Origin: Promethearchaeota archaeon
Lineage (GTDB): Archaea > Asgardarchaeota > Thorarchaeia > Thorarchaeales > Thorarchaeaceae
Assembly: GCA_014728035.1 (NCBI GenBank)
Contig: WJMJ01000059.1
Span: forward strand, 96,001-160,000
Length of the DNA stretch: 64,000 bases
Direction: 5' to 3'
The notes under the pieces are model-generated. The model ran no database searches. It was not told the origin of the DNA and saw only the letters and a list, made by a program, of their open reading frames with translations. Every line of letters starts with the position of its first letter. The first letter of the stretch is position 1. Made by a program: the position numbers and the translations under genes. Of the stretch, positions 38,693 to 48,569 are shown piece by piece.

Positions 38693-38826
38693 CGTATGTA
38701 GTGAACTGATGCGCAACTTCCCAGCACAGACACATTTAAGAATGTACAAACGATTTCTTGATTTGGAAACGCTCCCTATTATTGAGGAGCGAATTACCAA
38801 TTTCTCTAATATTTGAGGAAAATCCC

Positions 38827-39393
38827 ATGTCCGACGCTTCACATTCCATGTCTATTCGAGACATCATGACGGTCAAAGTAATAACCACACCACCTGATGC
38901 AACAGCATTCAAAGTTGCAGAGCTGATGGACAAAGTTGACATCGGATCAATTGTAATAGTCGATAACGGCCGTCCTGTTGGAATTGTTACAGAATCGGAT
39001 ATTGTAAGAAGAGTTATTGCAAAAGAAAAAGACCCCAAGACCGTAACTGCTAAGGAAATCATGACTTCTCCTTTGGTACATGTTGAACCTTCAACTGGAC
39101 TAACCACTGCAATGAGAGTGATGGCAAAGAGTAATATCCGAAGAGTAGCAGTACTAAAGAATGATAGTCTTGCAGGAATAGTGACATCAAGAGACATCTT
39201 AAAATGGTCACCTGAGCTAATTGACATTCTTGTCGAGTCGCTAAGACTTAGGAATGAACAAGCGACTAGAAGTCAAGAGGAAGAAGACGAGCTTGTTGCA
39301 TATGGTGGAGTCTGCGATAACTGTGGGGAATACTCAACAGATCTAGCGATGGATGATGGCAGATACCTTTGTTATGTATGTAGAGAGAAATGA
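38827..39393 (+). CDS. CBS-pair protein with C-terminal Zn ribbon
   Basis: VGIVTESDI and AGIVTSRDI CBS repeats, CDNC..CYVC; start probably 38827 (ORF track 38758). Confidence 0.9.
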   Translation: MSDASHSMSIRDIMTVKVITTPPDATAFKVAELMDKVDIGSIVIVDNGRPVGIVTESDIVRRVIAKEKDPKTVTAKEIMTSPLVHVEPSTGLTTAMRVMAKSNIRRVAVLKNDSLAGIVTSRDILKWSPELIDILVESLRLRNEQATRSQEEEDELVAYGGVCDNCGEYSTDLAMDDGRYLCYVCREK

Positions 39394-39446
39394 TTAGATT
39401 ATGATGAAAGTACGCTGTTCAGCGTACAAAATTCGGAGGCCTGAAT

Positions 39447-40262
39447 TTGGAAGTAAGCGCGATAATGTCAGAACCAGTTACAATCGATAAAGACCAGAGA
39501 CTATCCTATGCTTTAGACCTTCTTGACAAGAAAGGTGCGGACAGATTGATTGTCACTGAAGATAATGAGCTCAAGGGCATTCTTACCTATGCAGATATAG
39601 CTGACCGTTTGGGTGTAAGCAAAGTAGTTGCAGTATCCATTGGGCGACTGCACGTTTCAAGTGCAATGACAGATACCGTGATAACAGTATCACCTGATGA
39701 TGACATCACTGATGTTGCTCAATTGATGATAAACCGAGGAATGAGTGGATGTCCAGTCGTTGATAATAGTGGAGAACTAGTTGGAGTAATTACCAAGCGA
39801 GAGCTAAGTGTTTTAGTTAAAAAGTTCGACAAAGTAAAAGTGTCCGAACTTATGACTGATGAAGGACTAATTGTTGTCAGCCCAGTAGAACGGCTCATCA
39901 AAGCAAGGGCAGAACTTCTTGATGCTGGAGTGTCTGGGTTACCAGTCACTGATGGTGGAAGGGTATTAGGACTGCTCACTGAGAGAATGGTGGCTGAAGC
40001 AATGGCAAGATTTAGCGTCGAAGTACCAGATAAACATAGAGCGAATCAAGTCAGACAAATACGGGTGGTAGATGCTATGTTACAACAACCACCACTCACA
40101 AAACCCGATGAATCCCTTGCAGATGCAGTCGAAAAGATGCTTGAAGCAAATCTCAATATTCTACCAGTTGTTGCTGAAGGAAATAGATTGGTGGGCATAA
40201 TCAGCGCTACGGACCTTACTCGATTTGTAGCTAACAAATTCAAAGTTCTGAGTGAAGAGTAG
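39447..40262 (+). CDS. Protein with four CBS domains
   Basis: KGILTYADI, VGVITKREL, LGLLTERMV, VGIISATDL. Confidence 0.9.
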   Translation: MEVSAIMSEPVTIDKDQRLSYALDLLDKKGADRLIVTEDNELKGILTYADIADRLGVSKVVAVSIGRLHVSSAMTDTVITVSPDDDITDVAQLMINRGMSGCPVVDNSGELVGVITKRELSVLVKKFDKVKVSELMTDEGLIVVSPVERLIKARAELLDAGVSGLPVTDGGRVLGLLTERMVAEAMARFSVEVPDKHRANQVRQIRVVDAMLQQPPLTKPDESLADAVEKMLEANLNILPVVAEGNRLVGIISATDLTRFVANKFKVLSEE

Positions 40263-40307
40263 TATGTATATGTGATTGTGACTAACATCAGACTAGGTGT
40301 TGGTCAC

Positions 40308-41621
40308 ATGTCCGCTGATTTAGTCCTCAAAAATGGACTTGTAATAGTTGAAGGAAAACCAGTGGTTCGTTCTGTTGCTATTTCCTCAGGAAAGATAGAT
40401 GGCATCTTCATTGGAAATGATGTGCCTTCAGGAAAAGAAACAATTGATTGTGATGGCAACTATATTCTTCCTGGTGCTATAGATATCCATGTTCATCTAC
40501 GGGACTTGTCTAGAGAAGATAAAGAGGATTTCTCCACGGGAACGAAAGCTGCCGCTGCTGGAGGAGTAACAACAGTACTTGATATGCCAAACTCTCAACC
40601 ACCAACATTGAGCTGGAACGCATTAAGAGAAAAAATCTCTAGAGCTAGAGAGCGTCGATATGTGAATATCGGATTCTATGGAGGAATCCCTTTCTCTATT
40701 GAAGATTTTGATACAGAAATGGTACCTCATATCCATGGTCTAAAGGTATATCCACATTCACCCCTTTTAGCTGAAGTGAAATTCACATCAAATCGTATTC
40801 GGGAATCAATGAAGCTTGCTAAGACTCATCGAATACCTCTTTTGTTTCATCCAGATGTTGCATCAACGGAAGATCAACCTGTTACTCATGATGAATTCTT
40901 CAAGCGGCATAGCTGTGAGAATGAAGTAGAATCAATTAGGAACTTTATTAGAATTAGAGAGCAAGTTGATTGTAGGCTTCATGTGTGTCATGTAAGCTGT
41001 GCAAAGTCAGCAGAATTAATTGCGGCAAATAGGGCGGAAAGCAGTCTAACTGCAGAAGTTACACCACATCATCTTTTACTTCAACGTGATAGCTTTAGTC
41101 ACCATAATGGGGTTGCTAAGATGCTTCCACCATTACGGACAAAAAACGACAATAATGAATTGTGGCAATATCTTCAAAGATGTGCTATTGACTGTGTTGC
41201 AACAGATCATGCACCTCATACTTGGGGCGAGAAATCAGCAAAGTTCAAGTATGCTCCATCGGGAATTTCCGGACTTGAAACAATGGTTCCGATACTTCTT
41301 ACGGAAGTATTTGATGGAAATCTTTCATGGGTCGAATATTTACGATATTGTTGCTCGGGCCCTGCTAGAATAATGCATCTTCGTGAAAAAGGAGTACTCA
41401 CAAAGGGGTATGATGCAGACATAGTTGTTATTGAGAAGGGAGAATGGAGAATTGAGGGGAAAGATTTCTACTCAAAATCCAAACTTACTCCTTTTGAGGG
41501 CAGAATTATAAAAGCGAAACCAATTCACACCATTGTACGTGGAGATGTTGTATATTCGCATGGAAACTTTCCGATTGGCCCCGGATATGCAGGTCATGTA
41601 CCTGTTGCTTCGATAATTTGA
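40308..41621 (+). CDS. pyrC: Dihydroorotase (amidohydrolase family)
   Basis: DIHVHLRD, AAAGGVTT, DMPNS, EVTPHH, TDHAPH; start probably 40308 (ORF track 40272). Confidence 0.85.
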   Translation: MSADLVLKNGLVIVEGKPVVRSVAISSGKIDGIFIGNDVPSGKETIDCDGNYILPGAIDIHVHLRDLSREDKEDFSTGTKAAAAGGVTTVLDMPNSQPPTLSWNALREKISRARERRYVNIGFYGGIPFSIEDFDTEMVPHIHGLKVYPHSPLLAEVKFTSNRIRESMKLAKTHRIPLLFHPDVASTEDQPVTHDEFFKRHSCENEVESIRNFIRIREQVDCRLHVCHVSCAKSAELIAANRAESSLTAEVTPHHLLLQRDSFSHHNGVAKMLPPLRTKNDNNELWQYLQRCAIDCVATDHAPHTWGEKSAKFKYAPSGISGLETMVPILLTEVFDGNLSWVEYLRYCCSGPARIMHLREKGVLTKGYDADIVVIEKGEWRIEGKDFYSKSKLTPFEGRIIKAKPIHTIVRGDVVYSHGNFPIGPGYAGHVPVASII

Positions 41622-41681
41622 AAAGACATGTCCGAAAGACATAATCGATTTCGAGTGTCTGAGTAAGTGAGTTGATGTATT

Positions 41682-42311
41682 GTGTATCATAAATACTCTG
41701 ATGAAGAAGGAAAATTTCTTGTTCAGTTAGCAAGAGAAACCATCGAGAAATATGTACGGGAAAGAAAAAAACTAGATGTTCCTAATACTGTTTCTGACAA
41801 ATTAAGAAGGCACTCTGGAGTATTTGTCACAATCAATAAACTCCAAGATAGCAAAGTAGCACTAAGAGGATGTATTGGAAGACCTTATCCGTCTGATCCC
41901 CTTGTGAGAGCCACCATTGACTCCGCGGTGGATGCGTCATCACGTGATCCTCGATTTAATCCGGTTTCAGAAAAAGAATTGGACTCGATAGTAGTAGAAT
42001 TATCAGTTTTAACACCACCTAAGAAGATTGACTACTCAAATCCGGATGATTTACCTGAGAAAATTGAGATTGGACGAGATGGCCTTATCGTAAGCAAAGG
42101 AATGCAAAAGGGATTGCTGTTACCTCAGGTTCCTGTTGAATATGGCTGGACCACAAAAGAATTCATTATTCATACTTGTCAAAAAGCAAGGCTCAGGCTA
42201 GATGCATGGAAGGACCCAAATGTAGAGTTCCATGCTTTTCAAGCTGAAATATTTGGTGAAAAATCCCCTAATGGCCCAATAATAAGAAACCCAGAACATC
42301 CTCGATGTTGA
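41682..42311 (+). CDS. AMMECR1 domain protein
   Basis: GVFVT, LRGCIG, DPRF, ELSVLT, GLLLPQV. Confidence 0.93.
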   Translation: MYHKYSDEEGKFLVQLARETIEKYVRERKKLDVPNTVSDKLRRHSGVFVTINKLQDSKVALRGCIGRPYPSDPLVRATIDSAVDASSRDPRFNPVSEKELDSIVVELSVLTPPKKIDYSNPDDLPEKIEIGRDGLIVSKGMQKGLLLPQVPVEYGWTTKEFIIHTCQKARLRLDAWKDPNVEFHAFQAEIFGEKSPNGPIIRNPEHPRC

Positions 42312-42317
42312 GGAGGA

Positions 42318-43178
42318 ATGAATATGAAGTTACCACCATCAGTAATTAAAAGTTTGAAAGCCTTTTTAGAAGAAGACATTAGATCTGGAGACCTAACTAC
42401 GCAGTCAATGGGTCCTTTAAATGCTCCTGCTATCGGCACGATTCTTGCAAAAAGCAAAGCGATTCTTGCTGGAACAAAAGAGATTGCAGCAATTGCAGAT
42501 ATTTTTGATGTCAAGCACGAGATTCTCATATTCGAGGGGAATTGGGTTAGTGCAATCCAACCAGTCATGAGGCTTAGAGGTCATGCGGATACCCTTCTCT
42601 CCATTGAAAGAGTCTGTTTGAATATCATTCAGAGGATGAGTGGTATTGCCACAAAAGCTTATAGAATGTCTTCAGCGGCAAAAAAGGCGAATCCAAAAGT
42701 GCGAGTGGCGGCAACTAGAAAAACAACTCCTGGATTTCGATATTTTGAGAAGCGAGCTGTACAAATTGGTGGGGCTGACCCACATCGTTATGCATTAGAT
42801 GATATGGTTCTCATAAAAAACAACCATATTGCAGTTATGGGTGGTGTTTCGCAAGCTATCCGTGCTGCAAAGGAATATGTATCATTCTCAAAGAAAATTT
42901 CGTGTGAGGTGCGAAGCATTCAGGAAGTCTTGAGTGCTGTACAAACGGGAGCTGATATTATCCTTCTTGATAACTTTGAGCCAGAACAAGTTGAGGAAGC
43001 TCACGAAATGCTTTCAGAGAAAGGGCTTCGAAGTAGAATTATCTTAGAGGCATCTGGTGGCATAAATGAATCTAACGTTGCAGATTATGCATCTGCGGGG
43101 GTTGATATAATATCATCAGGAGCTTTGACTCACTCATATGATTCTGCAGATTTCAGCATGAGTATTGCGTTAGAGTAA
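42318..43178 (+). CDS. nadC: Nicotinate-nucleotide diphosphorylase (quinolinate phosphoribosyltransferase)
   Basis: MSGIAT, TRKTTPG, ILLDN, EASGGI, ISSGALTHS. Confidence 0.96.
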   Translation: MNMKLPPSVIKSLKAFLEEDIRSGDLTTQSMGPLNAPAIGTILAKSKAILAGTKEIAAIADIFDVKHEILIFEGNWVSAIQPVMRLRGHADTLLSIERVCLNIIQRMSGIATKAYRMSSAAKKANPKVRVAATRKTTPGFRYFEKRAVQIGGADPHRYALDDMVLIKNNHIAVMGGVSQAIRAAKEYVSFSKKISCEVRSIQEVLSAVQTGADIILLDNFEPEQVEEAHEMLSEKGLRSRIILEASGGINESNVADYASAGVDIISSGALTHSYDSADFSMSIALE

Positions 43179-43200
43179 CTACCAAAATTGGTGTTATACT

Positions 43201-43359
43201 TTGAATGAAATTATCTGTCCAAAATGCAAAGAAAAAGACGTTAGAACAGATATGTATCTCAAAAAGACAGTGTCATATGAAGGAGAAACTCCAATATATT
43301 CCATTCCTTGTGTTTGTAGAAGTTGTGGACATGAATGGGATCAGGAGTTTAGAGAATAA
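43201..43359 (+). CDS. 52-aa Zn-ribbon protein resembling the TFS/TFIIS C-terminal ribbon
   Basis: TTG start after GGTG; MNEIICPKCKEKDVR...SIPCVCRSCGHEWDQEFRE; not in the ORF track. Confidence 0.7.
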   Translation: MNEIICPKCKEKDVRTDMYLKKTVSYEGETPIYSIPCVCRSCGHEWDQEFRE

Positions 43360-43562
43360 GTATTCAGGAACGTTATTCTAAAATAGCAAAAATCGGAAAA
43401 TAGGATTGTGAGCGTGCCATTAATATCGATAATGGATATATCCCATTGATGATTATTTATCAAAAATATCCCTCTCTCTCATGGTATCGCTTCACAAATT
43501 TTTTAACTTGATATTCGATACTTGCTAAATGCGCGTTGATAACCTCGTTGGCGGTTTCTAAA

Positions 43563-44963
43563 ATGGTAAGAGAATCTTCTATTGTATATCGAACTGTAAC
43601 GGATGTGCGTGGTCCATTAGTCATTGTAGATAGCACACATAACGTGGCCTATAATGAAGTTGTTAAGATTCGAGCCCCTAATGAGGAACTTCTCACTGGT
43701 ACAGTTTTAGAAACTGGACGCGGCAGAGCAGTTATTCAGGTTTTTGAAGGTACAAGTGGATTAGATACAGACCTTACAGCTGTACGGTTTACTGGGGAAA
43801 CAATGAAACTTCCAGTATCAACAGAAATTCTTGGGCGTATTTTGGATGGCTCTGGGAATCCTTTAGATAAAGGTCCACCCTTAACAGCCGAAGACCACTG
43901 GGATATCTATGGGTCTCCAATAAATCCCTATGCACGACAATATCCTCGACAACCCATTCAAACTGGTTTATCTGTTATTGATGGTTTGAATACTCTGGTG
44001 CGAGGCCAAAAACTACCAATATTCTCTGGATCTGGTCTTCCCCATAACCGAGTTGCAGCTCAAATAGTACGACAAGCAAAGATTCCAGGAGAAGAAGGCG
44101 ATTTTGCTATTGTTTTTGCTGCAATGGGTATAACTGCCACCGAGGCTCAGTATTTTATGGAATCTTTTGAAGAAACTGGTGCACTTGAACACACTGCATT
44201 GTTTCTGAATCTTGCAAATGATCCTGCCATCGAACGGATTATCACACCTCGTGCAGCTTTGACTGCTGCTGAATATCTTGCATATGAATCAGATATGCAC
44301 GTGCTTGTCATTCTGACCGATATGACCAATTATGCAGAGGCACTTCGTGAGATAAGCGCTGCTCGGTCCGAAGTCCCTGGAAGGCGAGGTTATCCTGGCT
44401 ATCTATATACTGACCTGAGTCTTATCTATGAACGGGCTGGCAGAATCAATGGTAGAAAAGGAACCATTACACAGATGCCAATTCTATCTATGCCTCAGGA
44501 TGACATGACCCATCCAATTCCAGACCTTTCTGGATATATCACTGAAGGGCAGATGATTGTGAGTCGACCAATACACCGAAAAGGCATTTATCCTCCAATT
44601 GATCCAGGACCATCTCTAAGCCGACTTATGAAAGAAGGAATTGGTGAGGGTATGACTCGTTTCGATCACAAAGAAATTCAAGCTCAACTATACTATGGCT
44701 ATTCTGAAGGTCGAGACCTTCGAGACCTTGTAGCTGTTGTGGGATCTGAAGCACTAACCGATCGGGATCAAAAATATTTGCGATTTGCAGATCGATTCGA
44801 AAGCGAGTTCATAAACCAGGGCGAATTTGAAGATAGATCATTCGAGACTACTCTTGATATCGGATGGAACCTCCTAAGTGAGTTTCCTGAACGTGAGCTT
44901 AAACGATGTGACCCTTCTACCATACAATGGGCAAAAGAACGTGGTGTCTACAAGATTCTCTAA
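43563..44963 (+). CDS. atpB: A/V-type ATP synthase subunit B
   Basis: [52 protein letters not shown]; start probably 43563. Confidence 0.96.
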   Translation: MVRESSIVYRTVTDVRGPLVIVDSTHNVAYNEVVKIRAPNEELLTGTVLETGRGRAVIQVFEGTSGLDTDLTAVRFTGETMKLPVSTEILGRILDGSGNPLDKGPPLTAEDHWDIYGSPINPYARQYPRQPIQTGLSVIDGLNTLVRGQKLPIFSGSGLPHNRVAAQIVRQAKIPGEEGDFAIVFAAMGITATEAQYFMESFEETGALEHTALFLNLANDPAIERIITPRAALTAAEYLAYESDMHVLVILTDMTNYAEALREISAARSEVPGRRGYPGYLYTDLSLIYERAGRINGRKGTITQMPILSMPQDDMTHPIPDLSGYITEGQMIVSRPIHRKGIYPPIDPGPSLSRLMKEGIGEGMTRFDHKEIQAQLYYGYSEGRDLRDLVAVVGSEALTDRDQKYLRFADRFESEFINQGEFEDRSFETTLDIGWNLLSEFPERELKRCDPSTIQWAKERGVYKIL

Positions 44964-45484
44964 CCGCTCTGATTAAGTGACTCCTCCAATTTTTGGATGA
45001 AAAACCATCGAGTAGCTTGTGAGTAAGCATACCCATCTAGATTAACTAGATTACCAAAGACCTTTTTCCAAGCTTTCCAGAGAATCAGAAGGTGGTGATG
45101 GGGCAGCATGAAATAACAATTCAATTCATTTAGTCTTTTTAGTGAAAGAAACTGGCCTAGTCTTGCTGTAAATTTATCTGCTTCACCTTCAATTTTCCAT
45201 AGCGCCATAGGTGGATAGTCGTAATGTGGATAATCAAATCTGTCATAGGGAATTATGGTCATTGGTTCTGAGATTATGAGAATCTGCGCTTTTTCCTCAA
45301 ACCTGTGAAACATTTGCTTATGGCTGTGTGATTGCTGTATTGGCTTCTTTTTCGAACATGGGACAAAGAGAATTGGTTTTCCATTTGGTTTCCATGTTTC
45401 AAGAACCGATTGTGTGAATTCAGTTACTTCAGCGTTATCAAATCGATGCGTCACTCTACTAACAACTGATGTTTGAACTCTCAT
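44960..45484 (-). CDS. Stand-alone protein with ArcS (archaeosine synthase)-type motif, DUF5591-like
   Basis: [17 protein letters not shown] matches the ArcS PCx3KPYx2Sx2H motif (Y to I); ISEP...P..YDYPP. Confidence 0.75.
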   Translation of the reverse strand: MRVQTSVVSRVTHRFDNAEVTEFTQSVLETWKPNGKPILFVPCSKKKPIQQSHSHKQMFHRFEEKAQILIISEPMTIIPYDRFDYPHYDYPPMALWKIEGEADKFTARLGQFLSLKRLNELNCYFMLPHHHLLILWKAWKKVFGNLVNLDGYAYSQATRWFFIQKLEESLNQSG

Positions 45485-45524
45485 ATCTGTAATTTATGCC
45501 AATGATATCTTATGTATTGTGTGA

Positions 45525-46742
45525 TTAAAATTCACCAAGAGTTGTTTGCTTTACTGGGTCTGGCTCGTCAAGGATTTTTTGAAGTTGCTTATAGAATACC
45601 CACGTATTGTGAAATCCTCTTCTTCGATTTCTATTGTTCCCTCTAAATATAATCACTTCAACTCCCACCCTTTTACAAATAGCACAATCACATAACTCCC
45701 ACGGTCGATCTTTCAATGTCTTTAGATATTCATCAGCATGGCTTTTCTTTGCATCAATAATAGAATCGTACCATAAAATTGCTTCAAGGACTTCATCTAG
45801 GTCTGCCTTGTTCCTTCCATACATTCGCATGAGTCCCATGCAACCTTCTTCCATTGCCTCAAGCTCTTCGAGCTCGATGTTTCCTGTTCCAAGAATTTTT
45901 TTGGCTTTCGGGCTTCTATCACTTTGAGGTATTCGTATGGCGGCATAGTTGTTCCCATCTGGTAGCATGTAATTGCTTCTAGATCCTAACCATGCTCTTC
46001 TCAGGTGTGATGCAGAATCGAATGAGGTTATACCCAATTTTTGCATTTCTCTCATTGCGCTCAATCGAGCAACGCCAAAGAGATGAACACCTACTCTTTC
46101 ATGCTCACTCAGCACTTCGTGTATCGCACGTAGCATGTCTAGAACTGTTGAAGTAGGTGATCTGGTAAGTCCGCCAATAGCAATGTATTGATATCCTATA
46201 TCCAACAATTCCTTGACTGATTCTTTGTAAGATGTTGCATCCCATCCCTGAGCAGCACCTACCGGAACATAATCAAATCCTTTTGAATCATGAACCTGTA
46301 GAAACTTCTCGGCATTTTTTATAGTGATATCATATCGGTTGTGTTTTTGTTCTTCAAATTGCTTAACAATAAGATGGTCAACGCTTACCCCATAATCAAA
46401 ACCTAATTTGTGATAGTATTCTGCAGTTTCCTTGGTTTTATACGGTGGCACATCTTCTTTGATGTATCCATATGCCCCACAATCTCCAAATACAGGTCCA
46501 TCAAATCCCAGATATTCATGTATTCCTACATTCGTTATACGTTTCATGTTTTTCTTGTTTTCTTCAATTTTAGCTTTTGAAACCAGTATGCCATCATATG
46601 GTGGTGAGCTATAAATCTCATGGGCTGTAACCTTGATTCCATCAGTTGGTTCATCTTCGATAAAATCGTAATTCAAATCAACACGATCATCCCACCAAGG
46701 AATATAGTAGTTCATTCTATTAGGAATCCCAAATCTTGACAC
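45525..46742 (-). CDS. dpdA: DpdA-type TGT-fold transglycosylase (7-deazaguanine insertion)
   Basis: DGILVS, FGDCGAY, VSVDHLI, IAIGGL, HLFGV, SFDSAS, Zn site CDCAIC...NRNRRRGFHN. Confidence 0.85.
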   Translation of the reverse strand: MSRFGIPNRMNYYIPWWDDRVDLNYDFIEDEPTDGIKVTAHEIYSSPPYDGILVSKAKIEENKKNMKRITNVGIHEYLGFDGPVFGDCGAYGYIKEDVPPYKTKETAEYYHKLGFDYGVSVDHLIVKQFEEQKHNRYDITIKNAEKFLQVHDSKGFDYVPVGAAQGWDATSYKESVKELLDIGYQYIAIGGLTRSPTSTVLDMLRAIHEVLSEHERVGVHLFGVARLSAMREMQKLGITSFDSASHLRRAWLGSRSNYMLPDGNNYAAIRIPQSDRSPKAKKILGTGNIELEELEAMEEGCMGLMRMYGRNKADLDEVLEAILWYDSIIDAKKSHADEYLKTLKDRPWELCDCAICKRVGVEVIIFRGNNRNRRRGFHNTWVFYKQLQKILDEPDPVKQTTLGEF

Positions 46743-46829
46743 GTATTTCTACACCTTTTTTTGTCCATGAATTATTTAATGAGTAATGTACTTATACTCG
46801 CCAGAAAGTGACCTTAAAAGAGTTCTACA

Positions 46830-47546
46830 TTGTATGTGATTGTTATGGATATTTGTGTTATTGGAAGCTGTGGAAAAAAGAAACAGACATCTAGCCCAGA
46901 AGCTCCTACTTGTAATCAATTACAGTCGAAAGAAGATCTTGCTATTTGGAGAGAAAGACTTCAGGATTTAGTTGTTCCAGCACGTGATATGTACGTTGGT
47001 AATCAAAGCAGAGAACTAGGGAAGGGTGTGGACCTTTTAAGAACAATTGATAATGTTTCAGTTGAGTATTTCATCATTTCCGCAGGATTTGGACTTCTTG
47101 CAGAAAAATCTCTTGTACCACCATATGAATGTAGTTTTTCTACGATGGGGTCAAAGGCAATCAAGAAACGGGCCAGTAATCTATCAATCGATTCAGATTT
47201 CCTATCAATATGTGAAAAGAAGTACGATTTGCTCTATCTCGCGCTTGGTAAGAAGTATCTATATTCCCTAGGGTCTTCTTGGCAATCCGTGTTCGATGGA
47301 ATATTAGTCGCATTTGATTCGAAATTGGACTCTCCAGATGCAATTATTATTCCCGCAGGCAATTCGACTGTTAAAGCATTTTCCCGCCATGGGCACAAGG
47401 TCCATGGAGCCGCTGGATTCAAAGGTGATTTGTTGAGAATTCTTGCTGACTATGCATTGAAGCAAGAAGACAGCTACAATGAAGTTTCCGCTTGGGTTGA
47501 ACCTTTCTACCTAAAGCAGACTATATTCTCTTTTGCTGGTTTATAG
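46830..47546 (+). CDS. YaaA/DUF6884-like (DpdC-related) protein
   Basis: SCGKKK, PARDMYVG, IISAGFGLL, PPYECSF, LGKKY. Confidence 0.75.
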   Translation: MYVIVMDICVIGSCGKKKQTSSPEAPTCNQLQSKEDLAIWRERLQDLVVPARDMYVGNQSRELGKGVDLLRTIDNVSVEYFIISAGFGLLAEKSLVPPYECSFSTMGSKAIKKRASNLSIDSDFLSICEKKYDLLYLALGKKYLYSLGSSWQSVFDGILVAFDSKLDSPDAIIIPAGNSTVKAFSRHGHKVHGAAGFKGDLLRILADYALKQEDSYNEVSAWVEPFYLKQTIFSFAGL

Positions 47547-48410
47547 TTATGAAACTTTGACATTGTGTTTTTGTGAATCTGCAGTTTCTCGAATCCCTGA
47601 GTCACAGTTGTCATAGGATACTTTCGTTTCAATTGAGTATGCTTTAGATTCCTTTCCTATCTTGAATTCTAATAGAATTTCAACCTCATAGGGCTCAAGT
47701 TGTAATGAAGTCTTAAGAAAATCGACAACCAATACCCCTTCTACGACTTTGTACCCTTTTGCTTTTTTCAATTCAATTTCAGGTGTACTTTCAAAGGTTA
47801 CTGATATATTCTGATATGGATGAATGAATCTATTAACAAGCTTACCTGTTACTTGAAGTATTTCATCAGGCTTTAGTTCACCTTTAGAATCAAGGACTAT
47901 CTGTGGAGGCAGTGGTGTTCCCTTTTCCTTCTTTCTACCTCGTCTATATGATCTTGTTGACCTTACATCTTTTGGAAGCTCTTCTTTCCCCTCGTAAAGT
48001 CCTTCTTCGAGTTTCTCGGGTTCTTCATCGAATGTAATTAATGTACTAAATGTAGCTATCTTGACACTATTAATCTTGTTAGATGTGATGCCGGCATCTT
48101 CTTGAGCTTCTCGGATGAGCTCTATCATATAATCGGTACAAACCTTGAGTTTGTACTCTTTTAGCTTCTCGTCTTTTTTCATGATTGATTTATATTTATC
48201 ATGAAACTTCAAAATCTCTCTACCGACAGGTACTTTTTCTTTGTTTTTTTCAAACCATGCTTTTCTTGTAGTTTGTTTGTAACTGAACGGTCCAAATGAT
48301 TTACACGCCTTTGACCAAGCTTCAAGATCAAGTTTTTTGATTTCTGGCATCAGCATGTCTCTGATGTATTTTTTCATTTCTTTAGTCAGAACATCTTTTT
48401 TTGTTGGCAC
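47547..48410 (-). CDS. Hypothetical Lys/Glu-rich protein
   Basis: 287-aa ORF, GTG start; no motif recognised. Confidence 0.7.
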   Translation of the reverse strand: MPTKKDVLTKEMKKYIRDMLMPEIKKLDLEAWSKACKSFGPFSYKQTTRKAWFEKNKEKVPVGREILKFHDKYKSIMKKDEKLKEYKLKVCTDYMIELIREAQEDAGITSNKINSVKIATFSTLITFDEEPEKLEEGLYEGKEELPKDVRSTRSYRRGRKKEKGTPLPPQIVLDSKGELKPDEILQVTGKLVNRFIHPYQNISVTFESTPEIELKKAKGYKVVEGVLVVDFLKTSLQLEPYEVEILLEFKIGKESKAYSIETKVSYDNCDSGIRETADSQKHNVKVS

Positions 48411-48569
48411 GGGATATCAACTCCCCACTTTTTACGACACACCTACCCTTATTAATTTACCCGCGCCAATTTCCGGCGGTATTGATGAATAATGTGTGCT
48501 ACACATTAGTACTTCATGGAACTATATAAAATACAATTTTTGACTTAAACAATATAAGGTGAATTGTAT

